Source of the DNA: Saccostrea cucullata
Taxonomy: Eukaryota
Assembly (NCBI RefSeq): GCF_032062105.1
Contig: NW_026928881.1
Span: 62,001-126,000, forward strand
Direction of reading: 5' to 3'
Length of the DNA: 64,000 nucleotides
In this document: positions 1 through 13,423 of the stretch, one piece after another
How positions within the stretch are numbered: the first letter of the stretch is position 1
How the letters are laid out: every line of letters starts with the position of its first letter
Translations under genes and position numbers: made by a program
Notes under the pieces: generated by a model
Database searches by the model: none
What the model saw: the letters and a program-made list of their open reading frames with translations, nothing else
What the model was told of the DNA's origin: nothing

Positions 1-154
1 CAGAAATCTTTAGTTTTAGTTTTCTTTATAAATTGTGTGCCAAGTAATATTGATGTCAATCCAAACCTATTGCAGGTGTAATATTTTGAAATTGTTTCAC
101 AGAAATTTCTATTTAAGTAACAATCACGGCAACATCGTTCATCAAATTCTATCC

Positions 155-530
155 ACTCTCTCGCCCACTGACTCTCTCCCCCCTCACTATCCCCACTCAC
201 TCTCCCTCCCCACTCACACTCTCTCCCCACTCACCCTCCCTCTCCCCACTCACACACTCTCTCTCCCCAGTATCTCTCCCTCCCCACTCACACTCTCTCT
301 CTTCCCACCCACTCACTCTCTTCCCCCACTCTCTCCCTCTCCCCCCACTCACACTTTCACATACACACACACACACACACCCTCTCTCTCTACCCACTCT
401 CTCTAACTCTCCCCACTCACTCTCTGTCTCTCCTCACTCACTTTCTCTCACATTCACTCTCTGTCCCACTCACTCACGCTTTTTAATCGCTCTATCTCCC
501 ACTTTCTCTCTCTCCCCTCTTTCATCCCCT
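155..530. repeat. CT/CA-rich low-complexity degenerate microsatellite
   Basis: Runs of ctctcc/cccactca/cacaca; they explain the spurious Pro/Ser/Thr/His ORFs at 35-406 and 197-397. Confidence 0.9.
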
Positions 531-2139
531 ATCTTTATTTTTTTGGTTTAGTTTTGTGTTGGGTTTGAGAAATAAACTATATACATGCATAAAACATACA
601 CGTTTCAAAGTTTTTTACAACAAAAATAATGACAAAAATCTTTATCATTTTCTTAAATGAAATTATAAAATGTTTGTTCTTGATCTTTTTATTTGAATTG
701 GATTTAGCGAAATTGTTTATTTTTGCAAAAAATTAAAGTTATCCAAAATTATAAGGGCGATAACTTCACACAACAGAAAACACTGCTTCCCAGTTCACAA
801 TTTCATGATTGCTTTATTTGTCTGAGCATTTAATTTCGTATGCTTGAAGAACAATATTTATATGTTTTATATGACATGCAAGGAAGAAGATATGTCAGCT
901 TGAAATCCAAGTTGGATATTATTTGCATGAACCGTATATTAAAAGTACAGTGTAGATGAGCGGCTTATGTCATAAATTATCCACATGCAGAGAGGAGGTG
1001 TAAAAAATATACTTAAGTTTATTTAACCAAGTATTTAATTGGGGTTTGACATTTACTATCCCTTTACATAAATTTTCGTTTGTTGTTTTATTCATATGCG
1101 TACTATTAATAAACCTACATGTATCCTTTATTGTTGCATGGTTCTACTTTACTCACCATATATTTCTACTGAACGTTTTTGAATGGCTAGTGTTAAATTA
1201 TTAACCGTTAGGCCATCAGTTTAATCGGAGTACATGCTCATCTTGTTATAGGCCTTACCATGCTTCTGGAAAATAAAAAATCATTCAGTGAAGCAAAAGA
1301 GCCATTCATTGATTCAATCAAACAGCTATGCAAATTGTGGCCTTAAAAATGCTATAAGGTTGCCTCTGCCGTGCATCTTTAGGCGCCGTCCTCAATCTAT
1401 GCAACATTTTAGAGATAAAGTTTGTGAATCGTTCAACAATTGAAATACAGTGTAAGCATTCAAATCTACATGTTAGTCCAAATGAAGAATTTAGGATATA
1501 GAAAGTACCAGGGGTAAGGGAAAGGTGGAGAAGAATGTGTTAGAAATTCGAAATTCCTTAGAAAGCCTAAAAAAATTAATGAACATGGACTTTATTTGAG
1601 AGATGAATTTAATTCTCACCAACAAACATCAACGTAAGTGGAGTCGTAGAATTACCGGCCTAGAAGGAATTTCTACGATTGAATGAAAAAAAAAAACAAT
1701 CCTACTTAAATTGTCGTAGAATATTGATCTGGGGTCATATTTGACCCCCGGTCGATATTCTCCGGGGGAGGGGTCACTTTTCGACACAAACATTGTTCAT
1801 TTTCGATATATCTTTGTAAGAATTTTTAATTAAATTTAGGAATCACGACATAAAAAGACAGATAGAAGTCACCTTGCGTGGTCAAAAAAAACACTGAAAT
1901 GTGATAGTGAGGAATTTCAACTTTAGAAAGTTCATTATGAGTAAAAATTGAATTTTCAGGCGTAGTTTCTTCCAAAGTACAGTTATATTAATGAACCATA
2001 CATAGAACGATTATTATTATTACAACCCTTGTCTACTGGAACAATAACATTGTTAATGTAGGCTTTATATCATCGCCTATGTTTTATTCAAAACGCAAGG
2101 ATGGTTCTCGTATTGCCTTTTGACTTTCTAACACAACTT

Positions 2140-2350
2140 TTTAAAAAAAAAAAAAAAAATCTGATCAAGTGTTCAGATGCTCATGGGTTTCTCATTGACA
2201 GCATATATGACGAAGTCTTCCATTAATAATTGATTTTCCATTAACATTAATTTTGCCCCTTTATAAGAAGGCCTGTTTTTGTATTTGTATAAAGCAGACT
2301 CTTTTTTTAAACCTAATTATGAGATGATCCAGTCTCTCTAGCTCTTGCCT
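2140..2350 (+). mobile_element. Highly decayed Penelope-like RT relic
   Basis: tttgcccctttataagaaggcctgtttttgtatttgtataaagcagac resembles the CAPLLADLxLYSYEAEF-coding segment of the RT at 35.9-36.0 kb. Confidence 0.4.
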
Positions 2351-3169
2351 CCGACTCTAAATATATTTTTTTTTATCAACAAATAATATTCAGATTAATT
2401 CCTAGATTGACTAAGTATTTATAAATGAGTTTAATAATAATTTTCAGTTTACTTCTCATATTCTTCATCTGTTTTAGAGTATCCTTTTTATTGAATCAGA
2501 CTTATTTTATTTAAATATAAATTTATTCATATTTATTTAATTATCAATTTATTTTTTGTAAATACATCTTAAAATTAGAAAAATGGAGGAGGGAAACTGA
2601 CAATATAAATGCAAGTTCTTAAAACAGACATCAGCAAAATGTCTAACATTCGTGTACATGTACCGTACGTTATCTCTGTATTTTCATGATTTCCGAATTA
2701 ACTTTATCTGTCTCTTTGTTCTTTGCGGAAGTCTGACGATTGCGCCCTTTTAAAAAACATTTCCAAATTTGTCCTTGTATTCAGGTTAAATTTTAAGTAT
2801 TCTCAATTCTGTTGTAATACTCGAATATCAGTAATTAAAATTTTTAAAATGAAATATTTGTAGTATAATGTATTACTTTTTCAAGCATAAACAAGAACAG
2901 TGGTTTCAGTATAACTACATTGCTATTGGAAAAAGTTAATTACAAGTATCTAACTTGTTTTGAATTTTTTATGTGGTTAGTTTTAAAAAAAAGAGATGCA
3001 TAGAAATGAAAATACAATTATTCAAACAAATGTAAACAATTTGAATTTCCCACAATGCAATGAGGAGGCATTAATGTATTATATCAAGCAGATTTTACTT
3101 TGAAAAGCTGGAGTTGTCTTTCTTTGCTCCAGATGGATATCTTTGTAGACTCCGATCGTATCAGAGGTT

Positions 3170-3308
3170 CCGTGCGCGCTGGCACGAAAAAATCCTTTAC
3201 TGCTCAAGGGCCCCGAGTTCCGAGTATGGGCCTAAATTCACAGCCCCCCACCTCCAATTGGTGGAGACTCTCTGAGTGAACAATGCTCGAGAGGAAAGTT
3301 ATTCAATC
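3170..3308 (+). mobile_element. tRNA-derived SINE, 3' half
   Basis: ctggcacgaaaaaatcctttactgctcaagggcc...ccgagtatgggcctaaatt matches the body of the SINE at 41615-41878. Confidence 0.7.
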
Positions 3309-3820
3309 ACATTCCTACCGGCGGCACGTTGATTCAGTTTGGATAAAAATGAAGAGGTAGTTCAGTTGGACAATGTGAGTCTAAAATAAGAAATATTAAA
3401 CATACTATTACATAGGAGAAAATAATTTTTAAATCATTCTTCTTTTCAAGAACATCGAGGATTCTACTTTATAAGTGTGGATTAACGTTGGTTAAGTCTT
3501 GCCCTGTTGGGGCTTGTGTGGGAGCCAAATTTTTTATGCAGAGGAAAATTCTTTTAAAAGCAATCTTAAGAAGGACGGCAAAATTTCATAGTAAAATGTT
3601 TGGCGTAAATATATACGCCCCACCCAACCCTAGTTTATGTTTTGAAATCTGCACGTGATATGAACATTCATTTAGAATTTCTCTCTGTTCGTTTGATAAT
3701 TTTTAAAAGGGACGTTTTTATCAATCGAATTATGAGACTTATAGACAATTTAATGAAATATTTGAACTTTCAGCATGATAACATTGAACTTTTTTCTATT
3801 AGTTGTATCTCGATTAGAGC

Positions 3821-4086
3821 TGTGTGTTTGATTGCGTGTTGTTTAACGTCCTTCTCGAGAATTTTTCACTCATATGGAGATGCCACCACATACCGGTGGA
3901 GAGCTACATATTTCGACCTATACTTGGCACTCGGGGCCATTGAGCAGTGAGGGATCTTTTTCGTGCCAGCACCTACTGCGACACGGTATCTCGATTTATA
4001 CGGTCTCATCCGAAGGACCGGTCTCCATGTCCCACGGTGGGATTCGAACTCGCGACGTAAGGATCAACTCCTTACTTCGCGACTCT
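3821..4086 (-). mobile_element. tRNA-derived SINE (Deu/Nin-like core)
   Basis: Reverse strand has a B-box GTTCGAATCCC, core CCTTCGGATGAGAC...GGCACGAAAAAGATCCC and tail GGACGTTAAACAA; about 12 copies occur in the window. Confidence 0.85.
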
Positions 4087-4087
4087 T

Positions 4088-5734
4088 GAGCAGCAATGTA
4101 CCTGGAGCCAGGAGCCTCAAACAGGACATCAACAATGTCAAACAGGATATCAACAATGTCAAACAGGATATCAACAAAGTAAGAAATGTACCTGAAGCCA
4201 GCAGTCTTCTAGAGAATATCAACAATCAAAGAAATATACCTGTAGCCTGCAGTCTTTTACAAGATAGCAGCATCTCTGAGAATTATCTTATCAGAAAAAC
4301 ACAAAAGCATGTGTACATTTATGATGAACGATTGAAATTTGTGGAGATTCATGTTCAATACCTTCCAATGGATTCAAAAGAGGATGGAAAAAATCTACCA
4401 ACACGATCAGTTACTGTAGACATTTATCCCCAACATCCCCAATGCGCATGGAGTGATATGTCAAAGCAAAACATCATAAAGGTAATTAAAGAATACATTC
4501 TAACGAATTATATTTATGACAATTATACCTGGAGAATAAGATAGCGCGAACTATTTAACCTATTACTAGTATTTAAGGGTCATTGATACTCTGATAAGAG
4601 AGATAACTCTAAATTACATAAATGTCTATTATTCCTTTATAGATTTGCCATGTTGAAGTGTCTTTTTTGTCCAATTTTGCCCCGCAAGCTATGCTATACT
4701 AGTTGGTATTTTACTTATAAAAATACATTTCTTTTGGAAAATCATTAAGGTTCAAGCATTATTTTATATGAGTGAACAGAGGGTTTATGAACCTTAATCT
4801 TGTATTCCATTACAGATTTCCAGTGATGGGATGGAAACGGGTACTGTAGATTTTACACAGGATGCTTCTGTGACGCCATTGAAGACGTTTATCGTTTTGA
4901 TTTATAAACATTTGGAAATATGTCAAATCAAAAAAGAAATCTTATTAATAAATGATTATTTAGACAAGTTTACTATGTATGTTTTTCTATTCCTTTAGGA
5001 ATTATTCCAGAAAGAATTTTCTGGATTCTGAGATTTACTTATTATCAACAGAGGTAAGGGGATACTGATTTGGATTCCATCATGTTTTGGCTCTATGATA
5101 AAACTTATAGAAGTCATTCCGTTTTCAAAACAAAGTGTATTATAGACAGTACGGATGTACTAAGGTGAATATTGACCCATTCGAAGTGTCGTCTCTGATG
5201 TAGAAAAATATGTTCTTCAATAGTTAAAAAAGAGCATTTTTTATATAATTATTAAAACATATATTTCAAACCCCCAAAATTATTAGCAATAAAAATCAGA
5301 GAATTACACAAAAAATTCTCGAATATACAATAAAAAATATTGACAATATAAATCTGTTTCCAAATGACAAATAATTTATCCAGAGGAGATTCGGCTTCAG
5401 GTAACGAACCTGAATGAAAGTGATATTATTGCTGATGACGAAGACTATACTGAACACACTGCTAGAGTATCTAAGAAGAAACTGCCTTTCTGGCACACGT
5501 TTCTATGCGGGTCCTGTTCCTCAACAAGTGACTGTAAGTACATATTCAGTTTTCTTGTACTTTATATTTAAAAAAAGTTTTGTATACTGCTTATCTGAAA
5601 CAACTTATACTTGTAGCAATTTTATTGATTTTTTTAAATTGCATTTTACTTTCAGAAAAAAGAAAAACCCTATTCATAAGAAAAGAGTTGAAATTCTTCA
5701 GAGAATTCGGAATTTTTTCTGGAGGAATTTTTAA
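4088..5734 (+). pseudogene. Degenerate multi-exon gene of unknown function, duplicate copy A
   Basis: Phase-compatible exons ..4481 (AAG|GTAAT), 4816-4886 (ISSDGMETGTVDFTQDASVTPLK) and 4999-5053 (NYSRKNFLDSEIYLLSTE|GTAAG); a frameshifted exon ends at ~5533 (GACT|GTAAGT) and a last exon begins at ~5656. A SINE interrupts the 5' part. Confidence 0.5.
4118..4180 (+). repeat. 21-bp tandem repeat x3 encoding KQDINNV
   Basis: caaacaggaYatcaacaaWgt x3, nested in looser NVPxAxSL repeats. Confidence 0.9.
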
Positions 5735-8250
5735 AAAAAAAGCACTCACAGAATAATTTGTAATTTATATTTGTAAATAAAAAGTATATTTTACCATTAT
5801 ATCATTTTATTATACTTTCATGTTAAATACTACAATCTGATTGGTTTAGAGTAACTTTAGACGCAGTTAACAATCCGTTCGATTACCCTGAGCCTTAGCA
5901 ACACATGTGACAACGGGTAACAAATGCGTGGAAATTATGCGCGTACGGTTCACCGTAGAATTCTCAAAACGTCAGTTGCGCGTTTGAAAGAACCGGAATT
6001 AACTTGACGTCAATAAAAGCTTGCGTCCGATATAGCTTACTTGAAAACAACAAATCACAGATGATACATGCTTGCAAGTGTAGGAAACATGCTTGCGAGG
6101 CAGAAATAACGAAACTTTATATGATAAATGACTCTAATTCGAGTATCAAATAAACAATAAAGAGATTAGTGAACCGGTGAGTGAAAGCTTTCTATACATG
6201 AACGTAAAGACGATCGACGTTTTTTTTTTTTTTTGCTGACGTCCTAAATCAATAAGACATTCAGTATAATAAAATAAATGGTGCCTGTTTTGGAGGGTAA
6301 CATTTGAAATTGACACCCCTCGGAAAACCATTGTCAACCTCCGCTGACGCGTCGGTTGACAATGGTTTTCCTTGGGGTGTCAATTTCAAATGTTACCCTC
6401 CAAAACAGGCACCATTTATATAGTGTTGAACAAAAAAGCATTATAAAGAAACGAGAGACGAATGCTGGCTGAGATTTCTTTCATGCATTTTTCAAGATAT
6501 GTCCGACTCAGCCATATGTAAAAATAGAGCTCTGGGCAAAAAGGACATGAAATAACTAACTGGAGAAACATTTGTTGTTGTTTTTTTTTTTTTTTTTTTA
6601 TAAAAAAATCACTCTATGACTCTGTCTCTCAGAAGTAGTAGAGTAAGGATGATATTTAATATGTGTGTGACGATTTTTCAATATTTCATGAAACTGGGGC
6701 CCTCTAGAGCCTTAGCAGAGGGGGATTACTGATTCCCGAGCCAGTATAAAATAAAAATAATTTCAAAATCAGGTTGGTTGAGAGACTAAATATATTATCG
6801 TGGTTTATCTATAGAAACAATTTGCCTGCTAAATGCTCAGGAAAAAAAAGAAAGTTTGAAGGAATTATATTTTCTTTTGTTCCCAGCTTTTGAAGGGAAG
6901 TCATGGATATTCATTTTTTTTCCTTTGCATCTGTAAAACCAAGATTAGTTAAAAAATAGTTTAGTACTTATAGAGAACATGAAAATTGCGTAATTTAAAT
7001 TCAGAAAATTTTGTTCGAATTATAATTCAGTACAAAATTAATGATTTTTTGAAGAATGTCCAAAACTTCCCTATCAAGTTATATTTTAAAAGCTATTCAT
7101 ATTTTACGTCAATAAATCCTCGAATATAAGGTATCAATATGTCATTAGAACGAATTAATAATCTCTGATTGAACGTTGCTAAGTAATTACATGTATGAAG
7201 CAGACTGGGCCTTAATTTCAAAATATTAGACTTTCATAAAATGAAAAGTTATCATATTTAAACTTACACTTTAAAAAAAGTTATTATTAATTATCAACGA
7301 ATAAGGAAACATTTAAATGGCATTTCAATTCTTATCCTTTTTCTTAAAATGATAAAAAAAAAAAAAAAATGCAGGAAAATGTGCAATTTCTGCATATACA
7401 TTTGATATTTTAAAAACATTTTTCCCCAAAATAAAAAAGAAATTAATCTTCTTACCATAATGTATGTACATGTAATATTAAGATTTTAATTTATTTATGA
7501 GGGAAATGCTTAAAATGTGAAGGACATTATTCTAAAAGTTCTTTGTCATTCTTGGTCAAAGATTTGGACTGGGAGACACAAGACACACTGAGTGTTGAGA
7601 TATTTTGTCGTTTTTAAGTACTCGTCTATCATCCTCTTTTAAAGACACATAGACCTCTAGATTCAATTCTGCCTCGTATCACTTTCGTTAAGTTTTAAAG
7701 GTCAATTTTTTGTAAGACACGAATAACACAAATGAAATTTTATTCACACAGAAAGGGAACACAAAAATTTTCATGTCTGATACTCCTTTGTCTCAAAAAA
7801 AAAGAAGAGATAATTATTGATCGAATTCAGACTAAATATGAACTTAAGTAAGTCAAATATATATATATACTCCTTTATTTCTCAGTAGAAACATCCGTTG
7901 ATGCACATTTCCTTATCTGTATTAACTTCAACACAAGATTTATCGTAGTATTTTAAAATATTGTCACTTGACATTGTTTATGACTACATCTTTTTGTCTT
8001 ATTCATATGTAAAAATCATTAACAAGTCGTGTCAATATGGAATTCAAATTTATATCTGAAATGGTCCAATGGGCCAGGTGCAAAATGATTGATTAGATTG
8101 AATTCATTTATGACACTTCAGAAAATGATTATATATGTATCTAACAGGTTTGATATCTCTACTTTTAGGTTAATCATCAGAAAATGTCACAATAAATTAA
8201 AAGAAAAATTATTTCATATTTTGTTTCATTTTTTATCTGCTTGGACTGGA
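4180..8250 (+). repeat. Tandem segmental duplication, copy A
   Basis: Collinear similarity to 8585-9725 plus 14156-15845 across exons, introns and downstream DNA, e.g. gattcaaaagaggatggaaaaa, gctgatgacgaagactatactgaacacactgctagagtatctaa and aaatggtccaatgggcc. Confidence 0.92.
5805..6423. mobile_element. Non-autonomous Crypton-like element ending in a ~146-bp hairpin
   Basis: Present in copy A and absent at the equivalent site of copy B (~14465). Starts ttattatac...atctgattggtt and ends in the near-perfect inverted repeat 6274-6419 with a GC-rich loop. The Crypton assignment rests on recalled structure only. Confidence 0.65.
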
Positions 8251-10130
8251 ACATTTATTATAAAGATTTAAATGCATTGTTGTATTACAAAAATAATAAT
8301 ATTGCAAACTTGTTTTAGATAAAATGTTTATAGGATATAAATAAATATACCTTCACCCCCACCCCCCCCCCACCCCCAAACAAAAATACTTACATATATT
8401 TTCAGTAAACTCGTCTGGTATATTATTAAGTTTAAATTTTAATGTAGTTTTCATTCAAAAACGTTAGCAATATGAATATTAAGCCATTACACTATAAACA
8501 CGTTGGAGAATCCCCGACATGTATGCTTTCGTGCACTTTGGACATGTACATTTTATATTTATTTGCATATAATTAAATAAGAACGTAGGAAATGAACATG
8601 TGGCTAGCAATCCCATAGAGGATAACAGTTATATTACTGGAAATAAAGATGACCGCCACCAAAACACAGAAACTCTTTATCGTGTTATTGACGCTTCAGA
8701 GAATTATCTCATTAGAAAAACACAAAAGACTGTGTACATTTATGATGAACGATGAGGAGATTCATGCTCAATATCATCCATTTGATTCAAAAGAGGATGG
8801 AAAAATTCAACCAACACGATTAGTAGACATTTACCCGCAAGACTCAAGGAGTGATATAGCAAATCAAAATATCATAAATGCAAAAATTAATGTATATTCT
8901 TACAAGTAATATTTATGACAATTATTATACATGGAGAATAAGATAGCAACGACTATATATTTAATTTAATTTATCTGATGTTCCATTACAGATTTCCAGT
9001 GATGAGAAGAAAACAATTGTTGATTATACACAAGATTCTTCTGTAATGCCATTTAAAAAGTAAGCATAAGCATGAGTTTTCGTTTATAAACCTTTAGAGT
9101 GTGTCAAATGTTCAAAAATCATTATATAAGACAAGTCTATGTTTTTTCTTTTACTTAAGGAATAATGCCAGGAAGAATGGTCTTAATTCTGAGATTTGCT
9201 TTTTATCAACAGAGGTGAGGCAATAGTGAATTGGATTCCTGCATGTGTTTAGCTTAAATTAAATTAATTCTAAGACTTTTAAATATGTTTAATCATCAAT
9301 TTAGTCTTTTAAAACAATAAAAACATGTATTATAGCCAGTTTCAAGGTGGAATTTTACCCATTCGAAGTATCGTCTCTGATTTAAAAAAAATATGCCTTA
9401 TAATAGTAAAATAGAACATTTCTTGGAAATAATGAAAAAGAAAACACTAATTAAGAATACAAACCCAAAATTATTGGCCAAAAAATCAGATAGAATTAGA
9501 CAACAAAAAAAAATCTTGAGTATACAATCAAAAATATTTACAATAATCTCTTTCCAAATGAAGATAATTTATCCAGAGGAGATTCAGCTTCAAGTAACGA
9601 ACCTGATTGACAGTGATATTATTGCTGATGACGAAGACTATACTGAACACACTGCTAGAGTATCTAACAAGAGATCCTCTTTCTGGCACGTGTTTCTATG
9701 TTGATCATGTTGTTCAACACTGATTTTTCCCCATTGAGAGCCTCAGTCTCAAATGAGATGAAGTTCAAGGTCACGTAATCATAGAAGTTTGTGTCTTTTC
9801 ATAGTTCAGACGCGAGTGATGTTAGAGAATTCTTTTCGGATTTTATTAATCACTTTAATTAAATTTTCCACTGGTTTTGTAGCCAGTGGTTTGTAGCAAT
9901 ATTGCTTGTACAGAACACATGTTCTTTGCGCTTTTCCCATGTGGGAATTGTAGCATTTAGCGTTGCATTCTTTCAACATGTGTTGATAAAGACGTGCAGC
10001 TTTTGATTCAGTGACGTCACTGATGCAGGGGCTGTAGCCCCGTGCGCCATTTAACTTTTACACGCCATGTGGTGTGGAGTTAACGTTAGCGTTTGAGAAT
10101 CTTTTAATCTCTGCATTCTTTCTTGGCGGC

Positions 10131-11312
10131 ATGGCTAATGAGCCGGGACCATCATCGCAAATGCGAGAATCCAGCAGCTATGATCTAGTAGATCAAGTTA
10201 ACGAGGATGCCCCTCGTGACGATAACACGATGCATTCGAAGCAGCATACTGAAAATATGAGTGGTATGTTTGACATTTTCATGCGTAAATTTGCAGATAT
10301 GTCTAAGACCATGACTTCAGTTCAAAAGGAACTTATTGCTTGGAAGTCTGATCGGTCTTCAACGGATACAATTCCGGACGTTTCGAGGAAACGCGGACAG
10401 AATAGATCTAAGAGTACTTCGCCACCTCGCAAGAAAACGAAAACGTCTCAAGCATGTATTCGTCCTTCTCACGAACTTAGTGATAATGATTCTGATGTAG
10501 AAAATTCAGACAAATCGGATGCTGATGAAGCACTTAATTCCCTTATTGAGGGAGATGATAGTTTTCATGATTCGTCAGATGATGATGAGGTTTCTGCTCT
10601 TAATGAACTGTCCGAATTTTTCGGTGATGAAGACAAGACGAGCGAACCGTTAAGTTCTGAGCTGGCAAAGATCATGGAGAAAATGTTCATGACGAAAACT
10701 AACTCGGAGAAAATTAAAGAAATCTCCAACAAGTATGATAGGCCGAAGAACATTAACAACATTTCTGCGCCAAAAGTCAACAAAGTCATTTGGGAAAACA
10801 TGTCATCCAAAAACAGAGCAAGCGATATCAAATTGCAGACTACCCAGAATCTCATAGGAAAAGCCATGATTCCGACATTGAGACTTTTTGACATGCTTAT
10901 TAATTGCAACTCGAAAAAAGGATCAGTTGATGTGAAGAAGGCAAAACAGCTGTGCGGTGACATCCTGAAGTTTCAGAAGTGTGTTTTCCATAATTTGTCC
11001 TACAAGAGGCGGGAACAAATTATCCAGCCAGAGAAAAACAAACAGTTTGTAAGTTTGTGTTCTGCAGAGAGTTTTTCAGAAAATTTATTCGGAGACGACT
11101 TGGGCAGTCAAGTTAAGAATGTGCTTGAAGCAAAGAAACTGGCTCAAAAGATAGGAAATAAAGATTACAGTGGAAAATACAGAATTCCCAAAGTGTCCCA
11201 TTACTCCCATAGCTATGGGAAGAAGCCAAGGTACGGGAACGGAAAAGGGAATTTTTTGGCCAAACAGTTCAGCTTCAACAAGAAAAAGAAGAAAGGAGAG
11301 TCAAATCAGTAG
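10131..11312 (+). CDS. DIRS ORF1 gag-like protein
   Basis: Long intact ORF (ATG 10131, MANEPG...), acidic/basic disordered N-half, KYDRPKN...APKVNKVIW...DIKLQ and LFGDDL motifs typical of DIRS ORF1; lies upstream of RT. Confidence 0.85.
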   Translation: MANEPGPSSQMRESSSYDLVDQVNEDAPRDDNTMHSKQHTENMSGMFDIFMRKFADMSKTMTSVQKELIAWKSDRSSTDTIPDVSRKRGQNRSKSTSPPRKKTKTSQACIRPSHELSDNDSDVENSDKSDADEALNSLIEGDDSFHDSSDDDEVSALNELSEFFGDEDKTSEPLSSELAKIMEKMFMTKTNSEKIKEISNKYDRPKNINNISAPKVNKVIWENMSSKNRASDIKLQTTQNLIGKAMIPTLRLFDMLINCNSKKGSVDVKKAKQLCGDILKFQKCVFHNLSYKRREQIIQPEKNKQFVSLCSAESFSENLFGDDLGSQVKNVLEAKKLAQKIGNKDYSGKYRIPKVSHYSHSYGKKPRYGNGKGNFLAKQFSFNKKKKKGESNQ

Positions 11313-11329
11313 ATTCACATGATGTTAGT

Positions 11330-13423
11330 ATGTCTAATGTTTGTACAATTGTAGATCAATTTGTATTGAAAAACACGCCTGAAAATTTTACTGCAGGCAA
11401 AATCAACAATTTTTTTACATAATTGGTGTACATTAACTCATGATAGTTGGATTCTTGATGTTGTTAAAGGTTACAAGATAGAATTCAAATATGAACCTTT
11501 TCAATTTCACATACCAAATTCGCTAAAATTTTCTGAAAATGAGTATGAAGCAGCTCAAAGAGAAGTAGAAAAATTTTTAAAGAAGGGAATTGTAGAGAGC
11601 GTTCATGAAAATGAGAATTTGTGTGAAAACTCTTTTTATTCAAACATTTTTCTGCGTCCCAAAAAAGATGGGTCTTTTAGAATTATTCTGAATTTAAAGA
11701 ATTTAAATGAGTTTGTTGACAATCATCATTTCAAGATGGAGACATTGAGGTCAGCATTATCTTTAATAAAACCAAATTGTTGGTTTAGCTCACTTGATAT
11801 CAAAGATGCTTATTATTCTGTGAAAATTCATAAATGTAGTAGACAATTCTTAAGATTCAGGTGGGAAAATAAAACGTATCAGTTCACCTGTCTGCCTATG
11901 GGATTAGCCAGTGCTCCACGTATTTTTACTAAAATCATGAAGCCTGTTTTTGCTGAACTTAGGAAATTTGGTCACTTGAATGTAATTTACATAGATGATG
12001 TTTTGTTATTGGGCAACACAAAAGATGAGTGTGAAGTTAATTTAAGAGACACTGTTAAGTCTTTAGATAGTCTAGGATTTACTATTCACCCTGATAAAAC
12101 TCAGTTTTATGCAAGCCAGAATGTTGTCTTTCTGGGATTTTTATTAGATTCGGTTACAGTGACGGTTAGACTTACACCAGAGAAAGCTCAATCTATTAAA
12201 GAATTTTGTGATATGGTTTTGAATCAAAATAAAGTGACAATTAAACAGGTTGCACAGCTTGTAGGCATGTTTGTAGCCTCTGAACCAGGGGTGGAATATG
12301 CCAGACTTTATTATAAGACCTTAGAAATTGAAAAAGATTTGGCTTTAAAACTTAATCGAGGCAATTTTGAAGCCCATATGACAATTTCTCATCAGAGTAG
12401 GATACTGCTAAACTGGTGGTCTCTTAATGTGTGTAAATCCTTTAAACCATTAACTAGAAAAACCCCAAAATTCATTTTCAAAAGTGATAGTTCAAAGTTT
12501 GGATGGGGTGGAGTGAATGAAGATTCAGGTGAAGCAATTAGTGGATTATGGGACAATAATATTTGTGAGGCACACATTAACTATTTAGAGCTTTTAGCTG
12601 GATTTTACACTCTAAAAGGATTGGGAGAAAATATTTCAGATTCCCATATTAGACTGTGTATGGACAATTCAGTAGCCGTGTCATATGTTAATAAGCAAGG
12701 GGGCAAGATTTCAAGATTGAATGAACTAGCTCGTGAATTATGGACTTGGTGCATAGATAGGAACATCTGGCTTAGTGCTGAACATGTCCAGGGTGCAACA
12801 AACATTATAGCCGATTCGTTATCTTGCAAAAATGTAGATATGGAATGGAAGTTAGATGAAGTGGTTTTTGATAAACTGACAAATTTGTGTGGAAAATGTG
12901 AAATAGATTTATTCGCATCAAAGGACAACCATCAGTTAAATAAATATTATTCATATACACCAGACCCAAATGCATTAGGAGTTGATGCCTTTGCACATTC
13001 TTGGAGAAATATTGACTGTTATTTATTTCCTCCTTTTAGTGTCATAAGCAGTGTCTTGAAGAAGATCGAGGAGGAGGAAGTGCAGTTTGCTCTGTTGATA
13101 GCTCCAGTGTGGAAGACGCAGCCATGGTTTCCGCAGCTGATGCATCAAGTTGCAGGTCCGTGTTTTCTTCTTCCGAAAACAGAGACTCTCTTGAAATTGC
13201 CAAAGATCCAAAACGACGACATCCCTTGACAAAGATGAAGATAGCTGCATTCAGTTTGTCCGGCAATGCTTGTTCAGTAGAGAATTATCAGGAGAAACTG
13301 TCAATATTATCTGCAGATCATGGCGGGAATCCACAAAAAGACAATATAGAGGTTATCAGCAAAAATGGTTGCAGTTTTGTTGTGAAAAACAGAGTGATCC
13401 ATTTAAAACAGATGTTAATTTAG
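11330..13423 (+). CDS. DIRS pol: reverse transcriptase, RNase H, DNA adenine methyltransferase-like domain (frameshifted near 11411-11416 and ~13203)
   Basis: RT: KKDGSFRIILNLK, LDIKDAY, LPMGLASAPRIF, YIDD. RNaseH: SDSSKFGWG, HINYLELLA, DNSVAV, NIIADSLS. MT: IDLFAS, DAF..SW, YLFPPF, PVWKTQPWFP. The C-terminal HPL...LSG lies in a shifted frame. Confidence 0.9.

Noticed and set aside
35-406. Pro/Ser/Thr-rich ORF
   Set aside because: It is a translation of the CT/CA microsatellite.
1640-1790. Short inverted repeat ggggtca-tatt-tgacccc with cgtagaa repeats
   Set aside because: Probably a decayed MITE, but its boundaries and TSD cannot be supported.
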